Assembly: GCA_964431915.1 (NCBI GenBank)
Contig: CAYSLI010000001.1
Location: 47,240 to 111,239 of the forward strand
Direction of reading: 5' to 3'
Length of the DNA: 64,000 nt
Source: an uncultured Candidatus Saccharibacteria bacterium
Lineage (GTDB): Bacteria; Patescibacteriota; Minisyncoccia; Minisyncoccales; CAZKCU01
Each line of letters opens with the position of its first letter. Within the stretch, counting starts at the first letter, position 1. This document shows positions 18,127 to 25,816 of this stretch, one piece after another. Both the position numbers and the translations under genes were made by a program. The notes below the pieces were generated by a model that was not told the origin of the DNA, searched no databases, and was given only the letters and a program-made list of their open reading frames with translations.

Positions 18127-19096
18127 TTTTTCTCTTATTTCTTGAATCTAAATTTTTTAATTCCTGGCAAATTTGTTTTGGCCATTTTTCTCCAAAATTT
18201 GTATCTAAAAATTTAAAATTAAAATGATTTTTGTAAAAATCTAGATAATCTTTAGTGGTAAAAGACCAAGAGTTTTTAAATTCATATGGCTGAGAAATAA
18301 TAACAGGTATTAAAAATTTATCTTTGAAAAGCGTAGGAAGCATTTTAGCAATATCAACTAGAGTCTTTTGAATCCTGTGCTGCTTACTTCTTGTTTTATA
18401 TTTAGCCTTGTGCGAAAAAATGGCAATGATAAATTCTGTCCCCTTGGGGCCTATCAATCTGAGATCGTATTCCCTTCCTTTAGGAACAAAATTAACTTTA
18501 AAACCTTGCTTTAAAGCAAACTTTAATAATTCCTTCGCATAAACCTCAATGTAGCATAAAAAGTCTTCCGTCCTTAGGTTAGTATCCTTCCATTCATTAA
18601 TATCTAGTTTTACTTTTACGGGAATTGTAACACACTTTTTATTTAAAGCCAGTGACTGAAGTTCTCTTGATAAAACTTTTGGGATGCTTTTATTTATAAC
18701 TATTTGAATATATGAATGAGTGTTATTACTTGAATATGGATAACATTGGAGCGTTAAATTTTTTTTCTTGATTCTAAAAAGTCTAACCGTCCAACCTGAA
18801 TTTTTTAAAAAAGATAGCTTAACTTGTCTCTTGCCAGAGGGTAATTTACTTGGTTTTGTCCCGAAAGCCATGCTGCTAATTCGCAAGAATATTCTCTTTG
18901 ATTTAGAAAAATATCTACTAATTTTTTTCTCAGTCTTCCATTTATATTCTCTTATCCGAGTACTCTGCTCGTAAGTTATTGAAGCAGGAATTTCTATAAC
19001 CATATTACCCCTTAAGCTTCTCTCTGAATCCTTAATCTTGTTTTCTTGCCAGAATTTTAGGATTTTTTTCTCAATTTTAGGAAAATCTATGGACAT
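18113..19096 (-). CDS. hypothetical protein: duplicated IleRS N-terminal peptide fused to an unrelated ~300-aa body with a possible PD-(D/E)xK/Hjc-like nuclease-like C-terminal half
   Basis: Starts MSIDFPKIEKKILKFWQENKI; compare the ileS start MEKYEPRKLEEMILKFWEKNRI. The C-terminal segment EVYAKELLKFALKQGFKVNFVPKGREYDLRLIGPKGTEFIIAIFSHK has nuclease-like E...D...K spacing. Overlaps both neighbours (14 nt and 10 nt). Confidence 0.5.
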   Translation of the reverse strand: MSIDFPKIEKKILKFWQENKIKDSERSLRGNMVIEIPASITYEQSTRIREYKWKTEKKISRYFSKSKRIFLRISSMAFGTKPSKLPSGKRQVKLSFLKNSGWTVRLFRIKKKNLTLQCYPYSSNNTHSYIQIVINKSIPKVLSRELQSLALNKKCVTIPVKVKLDINEWKDTNLRTEDFLCYIEVYAKELLKFALKQGFKVNFVPKGREYDLRLIGPKGTEFIIAIFSHKAKYKTRSKQHRIQKTLVDIAKMLPTLFKDKFLIPVIISQPYEFKNSWSFTTKDYLDFYKNHFNFKFLDTNFGEKWPKQICQELKNLDSRNKRKNGKI

Positions 19097-19650
19097 AGTT
19101 TTCTCAGCTCGCCAACTTCTATATGCTTTTGATCCAAAAGTTGTTCATTGTTTAAGCTCTTTACCGCTCCTTCCAAAAGCCATAAAGGGCCTCCATGACT
19201 AACAATTAAGATTTTTTTGTTTTTGTATTTTTTGTCAATCTCTTTTAAAAAATTTACCATTCTTTTTTGGCAGTCTTGCCGGCTTTCTCCGCCCGGAGGT
19301 CTTTTTATAAATCTTAATAGAGAAACTCCTGGAAAATCTTGATAAAATTCTTCTCTTAATCTTCCCTGATAAATTCCTACATTAACATCTCTTAATCTTT
19401 TATCAAAATTTATTTTTAATCCGAGCTCTTTAGCCACAATTTTGGCGGTCTGGCGCGTCCGAAAAAAATCTGAGGCAAAAATTAAGTCGATTTTTTCTTT
19501 TTTAAGTTTTTTCGCAATAGACTTTATCTGATTTTCTCCCCTTTTTGTTAATCTCACGACCGGGTTTTCTGGCCAGGGATAAGTAAAATCTTTCTTTTTT
19601 GTCTGATAAATTGTCTGGCCATGCCGCAAAATGAAATAAATATTTTGCAT
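19087..19650 (-). CDS. histidine phosphatase family protein (phosphoglycerate-mutase-like)
   Basis: RHG motif at the N-terminus (FILRHGQT) and distal SHGG (VSHGGPLW). Confidence 0.8.
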   Translation of the reverse strand: MQNIYFILRHGQTIYQTKKKDFTYPWPENPVVRLTKRGENQIKSIAKKLKKEKIDLIFASDFFRTRQTAKIVAKELGLKINFDKRLRDVNVGIYQGRLREEFYQDFPGVSLLRFIKRPPGGESRQDCQKRMVNFLKEIDKKYKNKKILIVSHGGPLWLLEGAVKSLNNEQLLDQKHIEVGELRKLCP

Positions 19651-19652
19651 AA

Positions 19653-21272
19653 TTACATTTTTTCTGGAGCGGAAATGCCCATTAGATATAAAACGTTTTT
19701 TAAAACAGTTTTAGTGGCTGAGATTAAAGCCAATCTTGCCTCAGTTAATTCTTTGTTATCTGATAAAACTTGACAATCTCTATAAAATTGGTGAAATTGA
19801 TGGGCAAGTTCAAATGCATACTGAGGTAATCTCTGAACCTGATAATCCTTTGTCGTATCCTCAACAATTTCTGGGAGTCTAATAAGTTGTTTAATTAAGT
19901 TTAACTCATTATCGTGATTTAATAATTGAAATTTTGCATTTTGCATTTTGGGTTTTGGATTTGATTTGATATTTGACATTTGGATTTTGGATTTTACAAG
20001 AATGCTATGTATTCTGGCGTGAGCATATTGAATATAATAAACCGGATTTTTTTCTGACTGTTTTTTAGCTAGAGTGAGGTCGAAATTTAAATGAGTATTA
20101 GCTGATTTTTGGAGAAAAAAGAATTTAGCAACATCAACTCCTACCTCCCGGAGTAATTCATCCATAGTAACAAGAGTTCCCCGTCTTTTTGAAATTTTCA
20201 GCTTTTTCCCTCTTTCAAGTATAGTTACAAATTGAAGCAATAAAATATCAAGTTTGCCTTTATAACCTAAAGCTTCCACTCCTGCCTGAAGACCTGCTAC
20301 ATCACCGGCATGGTCAGCTCCCCAAATATCTATTACTTTGTCAAATTTCTTCTTCTCAAATTTATAGTGGTGATAGGCAAGGTCACCTGCCAGATAAGTT
20401 TTATCACCATCCGCTTTGACTACTACCCTGTCTCTTTTGTCGTCATATTTGGAGCTTCTGAACCAAACTGCTTTTTCTTTTTGATAAATTAAATTTTTCT
20501 GCTCCAAAATCTTCAAAACTTTGTCTACTTGGCCGCTCTCGTGAAGGGTTTTTTCTGAAAACCACTCGTCATAATTAATCCCCATTCTGTCGGTTGTTTT
20601 TTTAATCATCTCATCAATAATAATTTTGCCAGCTCTCTCACCTGCCTTATGGGGCTCTTTTTCTTTGATTCTTTTGGCAAGTTCATCAATATATTTACCT
20701 TTGTATTTTGCCTCTTTGTCTTCCAAAATAGAATGTCCCAGAGCTAAAATTTGCATCCCGTAATCATTAATATAGTAAGCTTTTTCTACTTTAAATCCCA
20801 CTTTTTCCAGAACGTTTCCCAAAACGTCACCAAAAGGACCGCCTCGAGCATTGCCGACAGTTAGAGGACCTGTTGGATTTGCCGAAATAAATTCTACCTG
20901 GACTTTCTTTCCTTTGCCAATATTTAACTCACCAAACCTCTCTCCCTTCTTTAAAATTTCTCCAATTCTCTGTTGTAAATATTCTTTTGAAAGAAAAAAA
21001 TTAATAAACCCTGGTTTGACTACCTCAACTTTGTCAAAAAAATCAGATTTGAGACCTAAGATTTGAGATTTGAGATTTTCTGCTGTTTCCAATGGGTTTT
21101 TATTTATTTCCCGCCCGATTACCATCGCCGCGTTTGTGGCATAATCTCCGTGGGGCTTTTGTTCTGAATATTCTATCTGAATTTCAGGGATATCAATTTC
21201 TGGCAAAATTCCTTTTTTTTGGAGTAATTTTGTTGATTTTTCTATTAATTTTTTAATTTCTTCTCTTGCCAT
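19653..21272 (-). CDS. argS: arginine--tRNA ligase
   Basis: FISANPTGPLTVGNARG (HIGH-region equivalent). Add-1 N-terminal domain. C-terminal DALR anticodon-binding domain ending ...GISAPEKM. Confidence 0.95.
   Translation of the reverse strand: MAREEIKKLIEKSTKLLQKKGILPEIDIPEIQIEYSEQKPHGDYATNAAMVIGREINKNPLETAENLKSQILGLKSDFFDKVEVVKPGFINFFLSKEYLQQRIGEILKKGERFGELNIGKGKKVQVEFISANPTGPLTVGNARGGPFGDVLGNVLEKVGFKVEKAYYINDYGMQILALGHSILEDKEAKYKGKYIDELAKRIKEKEPHKAGERAGKIIIDEMIKKTTDRMGINYDEWFSEKTLHESGQVDKVLKILEQKNLIYQKEKAVWFRSSKYDDKRDRVVVKADGDKTYLAGDLAYHHYKFEKKKFDKVIDIWGADHAGDVAGLQAGVEALGYKGKLDILLLQFVTILERGKKLKISKRRGTLVTMDELLREVGVDVAKFFFLQKSANTHLNFDLTLAKKQSEKNPVYYIQYAHARIHSILVKSKIQMSNIKSNPKPKMQNAKFQLLNHDNELNLIKQLIRLPEIVEDTTKDYQVQRLPQYAFELAHQFHQFYRDCQVLSDNKELTEARLALISATKTVLKNVLYLMGISAPEKM
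19932..19998 (-). repeat. ~7-nt-period repeat block (ATTTTGC/ATTTTGG/ATTTGAT units, ~10 units) in frame inside argS
   Basis: attttgc attttgc attttgg gttttgg atttg atttgat atttgac atttgg attttgg attttac. Translated as ...KSKIQMSNIKSNPKPKMQNAKFQ... Confidence 0.9.
21047..21080 (-). repeat. heptanucleotide repeat (ATTTGAG units) in frame inside argS N-terminal domain
   Basis: atttgag acctaag atttgag atttgag attttc. Translated as ...ENLKSQILGLKSD... Confidence 0.85.
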
Positions 21273-21310
21273 CAGTTTCAGATTATCATATTTTCTGCTA
21301 AACTTAAAGT

Positions 21311-21760
21311 ATGAAAATTTTAGCTAAAAACAAAAAGGCTTATTTTAATTATGAAATCCTGGAAAATTTTGAGGCAGGAATTTCTTTGATTGGCCAGGAA
21401 GTGAAATCAATAAAAACAAGGGGAGTGAGTTTGGCAGGTTCATATGTGGTTTTGAAAGACGAGGAAGTTTTTTGGATTGGGCTTAATATTCCTCCTTATC
21501 AGCCAAAAAATGCGCCAAAAGATTATAATCCAGCGAGAACACGAAAACTTCTTCTTAAAAAATCAGAAATTAAATATTTAATTGGTAAATCAAAGCAAAA
21601 AGGCTTGACTTTAATACCCCTTAGGTTATATACTAAAAATGGGAAAATAAAGTTAGAGTTCGGAACAGCAAAAGGAAAGAAAAAAGCTGATAAAAGAGAA
21701 TTAATTAAAAAAAGGGAAATAGAAAGACAAATTAAAAGAGAATTAAAAATGCGGGGATGA
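21311..21760 (+). CDS. smpB: SsrA-binding protein SmpB
   Basis: 149 aa. N-terminus NKKAYFNYEILExxEAGIxLxGxEVKS is the canonical SmpB signature. Followed directly by tmRNA. Confidence 0.95.
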   Translation: MKILAKNKKAYFNYEILENFEAGISLIGQEVKSIKTRGVSLAGSYVVLKDEEVFWIGLNIPPYQPKNAPKDYNPARTRKLLLKKSEIKYLIGKSKQKGLTLIPLRLYTKNGKIKLEFGTAKGKKKADKRELIKKREIERQIKRELKMRG

Positions 21761-22102
21761 CAGGGTTCGATGAGGAATTAACTAAAATAAGCAGGTTGAG
21801 TATTCTCAAATCTCATTAAACTTTGAGAAAAACAAAAATAAGTGCCAACTTATTTTCTAAACCTGCTTTAGCTTATGCTTAAAGCAGCATCCTCTTTGCT
21901 GATTCTCGATAGGTAAAGCTGGGTGTAATATTCATCGAGATAGACAAGTTTCGTTGTTTCGCGAACTTGTCGAAAAAAAAGAGACAAATAGTGGTACTAG
22001 GTTTTGTCTGTTTGATCCAGTATTCCAAAATTAAAACAGAACAAACTTGTAGAATTATTTTAGAAAAATTCCTCAGATGGGACTTCGATGTCCCCATCTC
22101 CA
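21753..22102 (+). ncRNA. ssrA: transfer-messenger RNA (tmRNA, ssrA), ~350 nt; tag ORF 21844-21879 ANLFSKPALAYA, stop TAA 21880-21882
   Basis: The 5' GGGGAUGACAGGGUUCGAUG pairs with the 3' ...GGGACUUCGAUGUCCCCAUCUCCA. This forms a tRNA-Ala-like acceptor stem with a G3:U pair and a T-arm. The internal resume frame GCC AAC ... GCU UAU GCU UAA ends in LAYA, like canonical tags. Adjacent to smpB. Confidence 0.85.
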
Positions 22103-22136
22103 CAACACCTCCCCAAATAAAAAGAGAAAGGAAAAT

Positions 22137-22664
22137 CTGTTTAAAAGACCATTAGTCAACAACCGAATAAGGGCTCCTCAGGTCAGGGTGATTGACAAGA
22201 CCGGAAAACAGCTGGGAATTTTGCCAATTGGAAAAGCGCTCCAGATAGCTAGGGAGCGTAATTTAGATTTAATTCAAGTCACCGAGAAGGTAATGCCACC
22301 TGTCTGTAAAATAATGGATTACGGGAAGTATCTTTATCAAGAAAAAAAGAAAGAAAAGTTAGCTCCAAAAAGTTCGGGTGAGTTAAAAGGGATAAGATTA
22401 GGGTTTGGAATTTCTCAACATGACTTGGAAGTCAGGGCAAAGTTAGCAGAAAAATTTTTAAAAAAAGGGCATAAAGTCAGAGTAGAACTAATCTTAAGGG
22501 GTCGGCAAAAAGCCCTTCCTGATTTTGCCAGAGAGAAAATGAACCAATTTCTTAGAATTTTAGAAGGGATTTTACCAATAAAAATTGAGCGGGAATTGAA
22601 AAGAGAGTCAAGAGGTTTTACAACAATAATCTCAAAAAGCAAAGAGGATAAATCCTCTTCTTAA
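22137..22664 (+). CDS. infC: translation initiation factor IF-3; start codon uncertain (non-ATG, CTG 22137 proposed)
   Basis: NNRIRAPQVRVIDxxGxQLGI...PPVCKIMDYGKYLYQ is canonical IF-3. The only in-frame ATG (22077) lies inside the tmRNA 3' end. IF-3 genes classically use atypical start codons. AAGGA lies 4 nt upstream of the CTG. Confidence 0.88.
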   Translation: MFKRPLVNNRIRAPQVRVIDKTGKQLGILPIGKALQIARERNLDLIQVTEKVMPPVCKIMDYGKYLYQEKKKEKLAPKSSGELKGIRLGFGISQHDLEVRAKLAEKFLKKGHKVRVELILRGRQKALPDFAREKMNQFLRILEGILPIKIERELKRESRGFTTIISKSKEDKSSS

Positions 22665-22674
22665 GCGAAGTAAG

Positions 22675-22857
22675 ATGAAGACACGGAAATCTATATTAAA
22701 ACGTTTTAAATTTACTAAAACCGGCAAGGTCTTAAGAAGACCAACCGGTCTTAGTCATTATCGAGCAAAAAAATCCGGGAAAAGAATTAGAAAAAGCCGA
22801 AAATTGGTTGAAGTTTCAAAAGCTGAAACTAAAAAAATAAAGCGACTGTGTCGCTAA
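22675..22857 (+). CDS. rpmI: 50S ribosomal protein L35
   Basis: 60-aa basic protein, MKTRKSxxKRFKxTxxGKxxRRxxGxSH pattern. infC-rpmI-rplT operon order. Confidence 0.95.
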   Translation: MKTRKSILKRFKFTKTGKVLRRPTGLSHYRAKKSGKRIRKSRKLVEVSKAETKKIKRLCR

Positions 22858-22869
22858 CTTAAAGAAATT

Positions 22870-23217
22870 ATGGTCAGGGTAAAACGAGGAAAAATTGCTC
22901 ACAAAAGAAGAAAGCATTTATTAAAATATGCCAAAGGTTTCAGCTGGGGAAGAAAGGCAAAATACCGAGCAGCTAAAGAAGCTTTACTTCATGCCAGGTC
23001 TTATAGCTACCGAGACAGAAGAGTTAAAAAAAGAGATTTTCGAAAACTCTGGCAAACTAAAATTAATTCTGCCTGCCGCCAGGCAGGAATTTCCTATAGC
23101 CGATTCATTGCTGGCTTAAAGAAAAATAAAATTGAGCTAGATAGAAAAATCTTAGCTACTTTAGCTCAAAACCATCCAAAAATCTTTGGGAAAATAGTAG
23201 AGAAGGTAAAAAGTTAA
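22870..23217 (+). CDS. rplT: 50S ribosomal protein L20
   Basis: MVRVKRGxxAHKRRKxxLKxAKGFxGxRxxxYRxAKE canonical L20 N-terminus. Confidence 0.97.
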   Translation: MVRVKRGKIAHKRRKHLLKYAKGFSWGRKAKYRAAKEALLHARSYSYRDRRVKKRDFRKLWQTKINSACRQAGISYSRFIAGLKKNKIELDRKILATLAQNHPKIFGKIVEKVKS

Positions 23218-23242
23218 TCCTTACTTTATTTTTCGAAAATTA

Positions 23243-23268
23243 AAAGTCCGCACTTGAGTGCGGACTTT
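23243..23268. terminator. bidirectional rho-independent terminator between rplT and the convergent PurF-like gene
   Basis: 11-bp perfect stem AAAGTCCGCAC-TTGA-GTGCGGACTTT flanked by A/T runs. Confidence 0.7.
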
Positions 23269-23281
23269 ACTAATTAGGCAT

Positions 23282-24685
23282 CTACCTAAAGTATTTTGAT
23301 ATCAAATCTTCCCCGGTAAAACAGCACATGCAAATCTCCTTGTCGGGTTTCAGAGGATTTTCTTTCTTTCTCTCCTCACTTTGGGCTTCTTCTATTGATT
23401 TAAGGTAATCTTCTCCCGTATTAAACTCTAAAGTTGCCACTCCTAATTTTCGTCTCATTTCTTCTCTGGTGTTATTTACCGCAAATAAGTCTTTTGTGTA
23501 TCTCAAAGGAACTTCTAAAGAACAAGCTTTTATTTTAGGAGGACAAGCTATCCTTAAATGCAAAGGGATATTTTCTTCTAATACCGGATGAAACTTCTTC
23601 ATTAGCGCAACTATCCTAAAAAGGCGGGTCATAAGCTGGTTGGCTTCCACAATAGAGTCATCAACCATAATAATTCTCTTGAAAGCCCTTAGTACCCATT
23701 CAATTGGTAGGAGTTTACCTTTCCCCCTCTCTTTTCTTCCCTGCTTTAGGATGTCAAGGAAGCTGCGGCCAAATTGAGAATTATATTGCCAGACATTCAC
23801 CAATGGAATTTTTGACTCAAAGGCATAGCCCTCAGCAGCTGATATTCCGGAAAGGGGAAATGGAGAAACAATTTCAGCTTCTACCGGGTGTTGCTGAGCA
23901 AGTTTCACTCCCATATTAAACCGAGCCTTTCCTACATCAATCTCCTCAAAAATACTGGACGGACCAACGTAGTAGCCGAATTCAAATCCGCAAAGAGCTG
24001 AAATTTCCGGGTTCTTTTCTGGCAATATCTGCTCCAATGTATTAAATCCAGTAGAATTGATTTCAATAATCTCTCCGCGCTTTACCTCTCTTACAAGCTC
24101 CATTCCGATTTCTGGGAAAATAGCTGATTCGGTAGCCACCGCGCAACCACCTTCCTTTTTATTTCTTCCAATAGCTAATGGTTTAAAACCTAAAGGGTCT
24201 CGACAGGCGAAAACACCATCAGGTGTAAGCATCACCAAATTAAATCGGCCCTTGACGCTCTGAAAGATGTTCTCAAACCTCTCTACTGGATTTTTCCCTT
24301 GTGAAGCTAATCCAGCACAAATTTCAAGGTCTGAACCTCCAAGATAAGGAAATTTTTCTCGGATTTCTCCGCGGTTGGCTATTTTTATATTTCCAGCGAT
24401 GGAAAAAGCTTCTCGTCCAGCTTCTTCTCTTAAAATTGGCTGTTCGTTGCGGATCCAAACACCTCCGATAGCTCTTTGCCCCTTTTTGATAGTTGGATAT
24501 TCCTGTGCTTTTTTGTCAAAAAACGGTCGGACCAAGCCAGAAGTAGTAGCTTTTTGGATTTTCCCCTTATCAAAAATTGAGAATCCGCCGCCGCTATCTC
24601 CCCGGGTAGGCTGAAGAAGGCTTGTTCCCCATTTCAATTCGTTCCAGCAGTTTCTATCTAAACTTATTCCAAATATTCCAGCCAT
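23282..24685 (-). CDS. amidophosphoribosyltransferase (PurF)-like protein lacking the catalytic Cys1 and the PRPP-loop RGTT
   Basis: Collinear with PurF by eye (DPLGFKPL, ATESAIF, GISAAEGYA, MVDDSIV, C-terminal CMCCFTGE). It starts MAGIFGI instead of MCG(I/V)FGI and has DDSIVEANQ instead of DDSIVRGTT. Confidence 0.7.
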   Translation of the reverse strand: MAGIFGISLDRNCWNELKWGTSLLQPTRGDSGGGFSIFDKGKIQKATTSGLVRPFFDKKAQEYPTIKKGQRAIGGVWIRNEQPILREEAGREAFSIAGNIKIANRGEIREKFPYLGGSDLEICAGLASQGKNPVERFENIFQSVKGRFNLVMLTPDGVFACRDPLGFKPLAIGRNKKEGGCAVATESAIFPEIGMELVREVKRGEIIEINSTGFNTLEQILPEKNPEISALCGFEFGYYVGPSSIFEEIDVGKARFNMGVKLAQQHPVEAEIVSPFPLSGISAAEGYAFESKIPLVNVWQYNSQFGRSFLDILKQGRKERGKGKLLPIEWVLRAFKRIIMVDDSIVEANQLMTRLFRIVALMKKFHPVLEENIPLHLRIACPPKIKACSLEVPLRYTKDLFAVNNTREEMRRKLGVATLEFNTGEDYLKSIEEAQSEERKKENPLKPDKEICMCCFTGEDLISKYFR

Positions 24686-24725
24686 TTCTCTACCTCCTTT
24701 TTCTTTATTTTGTTTTGTTAAATAA

Positions 24726-24974
24726 CTAATGACTCTCTTTTTTTAATAACTCAATTTTTCTTTTTTGTCCATATTTATAGCCACCAATTTTACCATCTGA
24801 TCTAATTACCCGATGGCAGGGAATTTTTGGGTCTCGATTTCTGTTTAAAATGTTCCCAACTGCCCGCCAGGCCTTCGAAGAACCAGCCATTCTTGCTACT
24901 TCTCTATAAGTTAAAAAACTCCCCTGGAGAATTTTTTTAACAATTTTAAAAACTTTCTCTCTAAAAAGAATCAT
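24726..24974 (-). CDS. ogt: methylated-DNA--protein-cysteine methyltransferase, DNA-binding/active-site domain only (MGMT family)
   Basis: 82 aa with the active-site IPCHRVI motif and TYxEVA helix-turn-helix. Confidence 0.85.
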   Translation of the reverse strand: MILFREKVFKIVKKILQGSFLTYREVARMAGSSKAWRAVGNILNRNRDPKIPCHRVIRSDGKIGGYKYGQKRKIELLKKESH

Positions 24975-25810
24975 TAATTTTTGGCCCGATGAATTACTAT
25001 TTGGGGAAAAGGAATTTCAATGCCCTCTTTGTCAAAAGAAATCTTAATTCTTTTTCGAAGTTCGCCAGTAATACCCCATTGTTTTAAAGGTTTAGTTTCT
25101 CCTAATATCTTTATTATTATTGCTGACTCACCAAAATCATTGACTCTTAAAAATTGAGGGGGTTTAATAATGCTCCCTTTCCATTCTGGATCTTCGGCTA
25201 ATTTTTTCCCAACTTTATTTACAACTTTAATGACCTTTTTTAAATCCTCTTTGTAAGACACGCCGATATTAAGATTGACTCGCGCAAACTTTTTCGATAA
25301 ATTTGAGGATTTTTTGGTTCCGCCGTTGGGAATATTATGAACGGTTCCATCTAAATCGCGCAAAATGGTTTTCCTTAAGGTTATACTCTCCACTAAGCCG
25401 CAGGTTCCGTCCAAACAAACCACATCCCCTTCTCGATATTGATTTTCAATAATTATAAAAAGGCCAGCTAAAAAATCGCGGATCATATACTGGGCGCCGA
25501 AGCCTAAGGCTACTCCTAAAATTCCCGCTCCAGCCAATATTGGAGTAACGTTTATTCCTAATTCAGGCAAAGTCATCATTATCGCCATTAACCAAAGAGC
25601 AATTTTCAAGGCACTAGTAAAAACCCCAATTAAAGTATTCTGCCTTTTCCCCGTTGCCTCTTTGCTGGTGTCTTTCACTCCTTTTTTAATTATCCTCTCA
25701 ATAATTTTCCTTCCGATTCTACCAATGAAATAAACAGTAATTAAAATAATCAAAATCTTTATCCCGTGGGCAAGAAACCAGCTGATTAATTTTGGAATAA
25801 TATTTTCCAT
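24974..25810 (-). CDS. small-conductance mechanosensitive channel (MscS family)
   Basis: 3 N-terminal TM helices, pore helix GFGAQYMIRDFLAGLFIIIENQYREGD, then the beta domain. Confidence 0.85.
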   Translation of the reverse strand: MENIIPKLISWFLAHGIKILIILITVYFIGRIGRKIIERIIKKGVKDTSKEATGKRQNTLIGVFTSALKIALWLMAIMMTLPELGINVTPILAGAGILGVALGFGAQYMIRDFLAGLFIIIENQYREGDVVCLDGTCGLVESITLRKTILRDLDGTVHNIPNGGTKKSSNLSKKFARVNLNIGVSYKEDLKKVIKVVNKVGKKLAEDPEWKGSIIKPPQFLRVNDFGESAIIIKILGETKPLKQWGITGELRKRIKISFDKEGIEIPFPQIVIHRAKN

Positions 25811-25816
25811 ATTATT

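Noticed and set aside
21879-22155. ORFs 21879-22103(-) and 21967-22155(+) listed in the track
   Set aside because: Both lie inside the tmRNA gene, so they are artefacts of an RNA gene.
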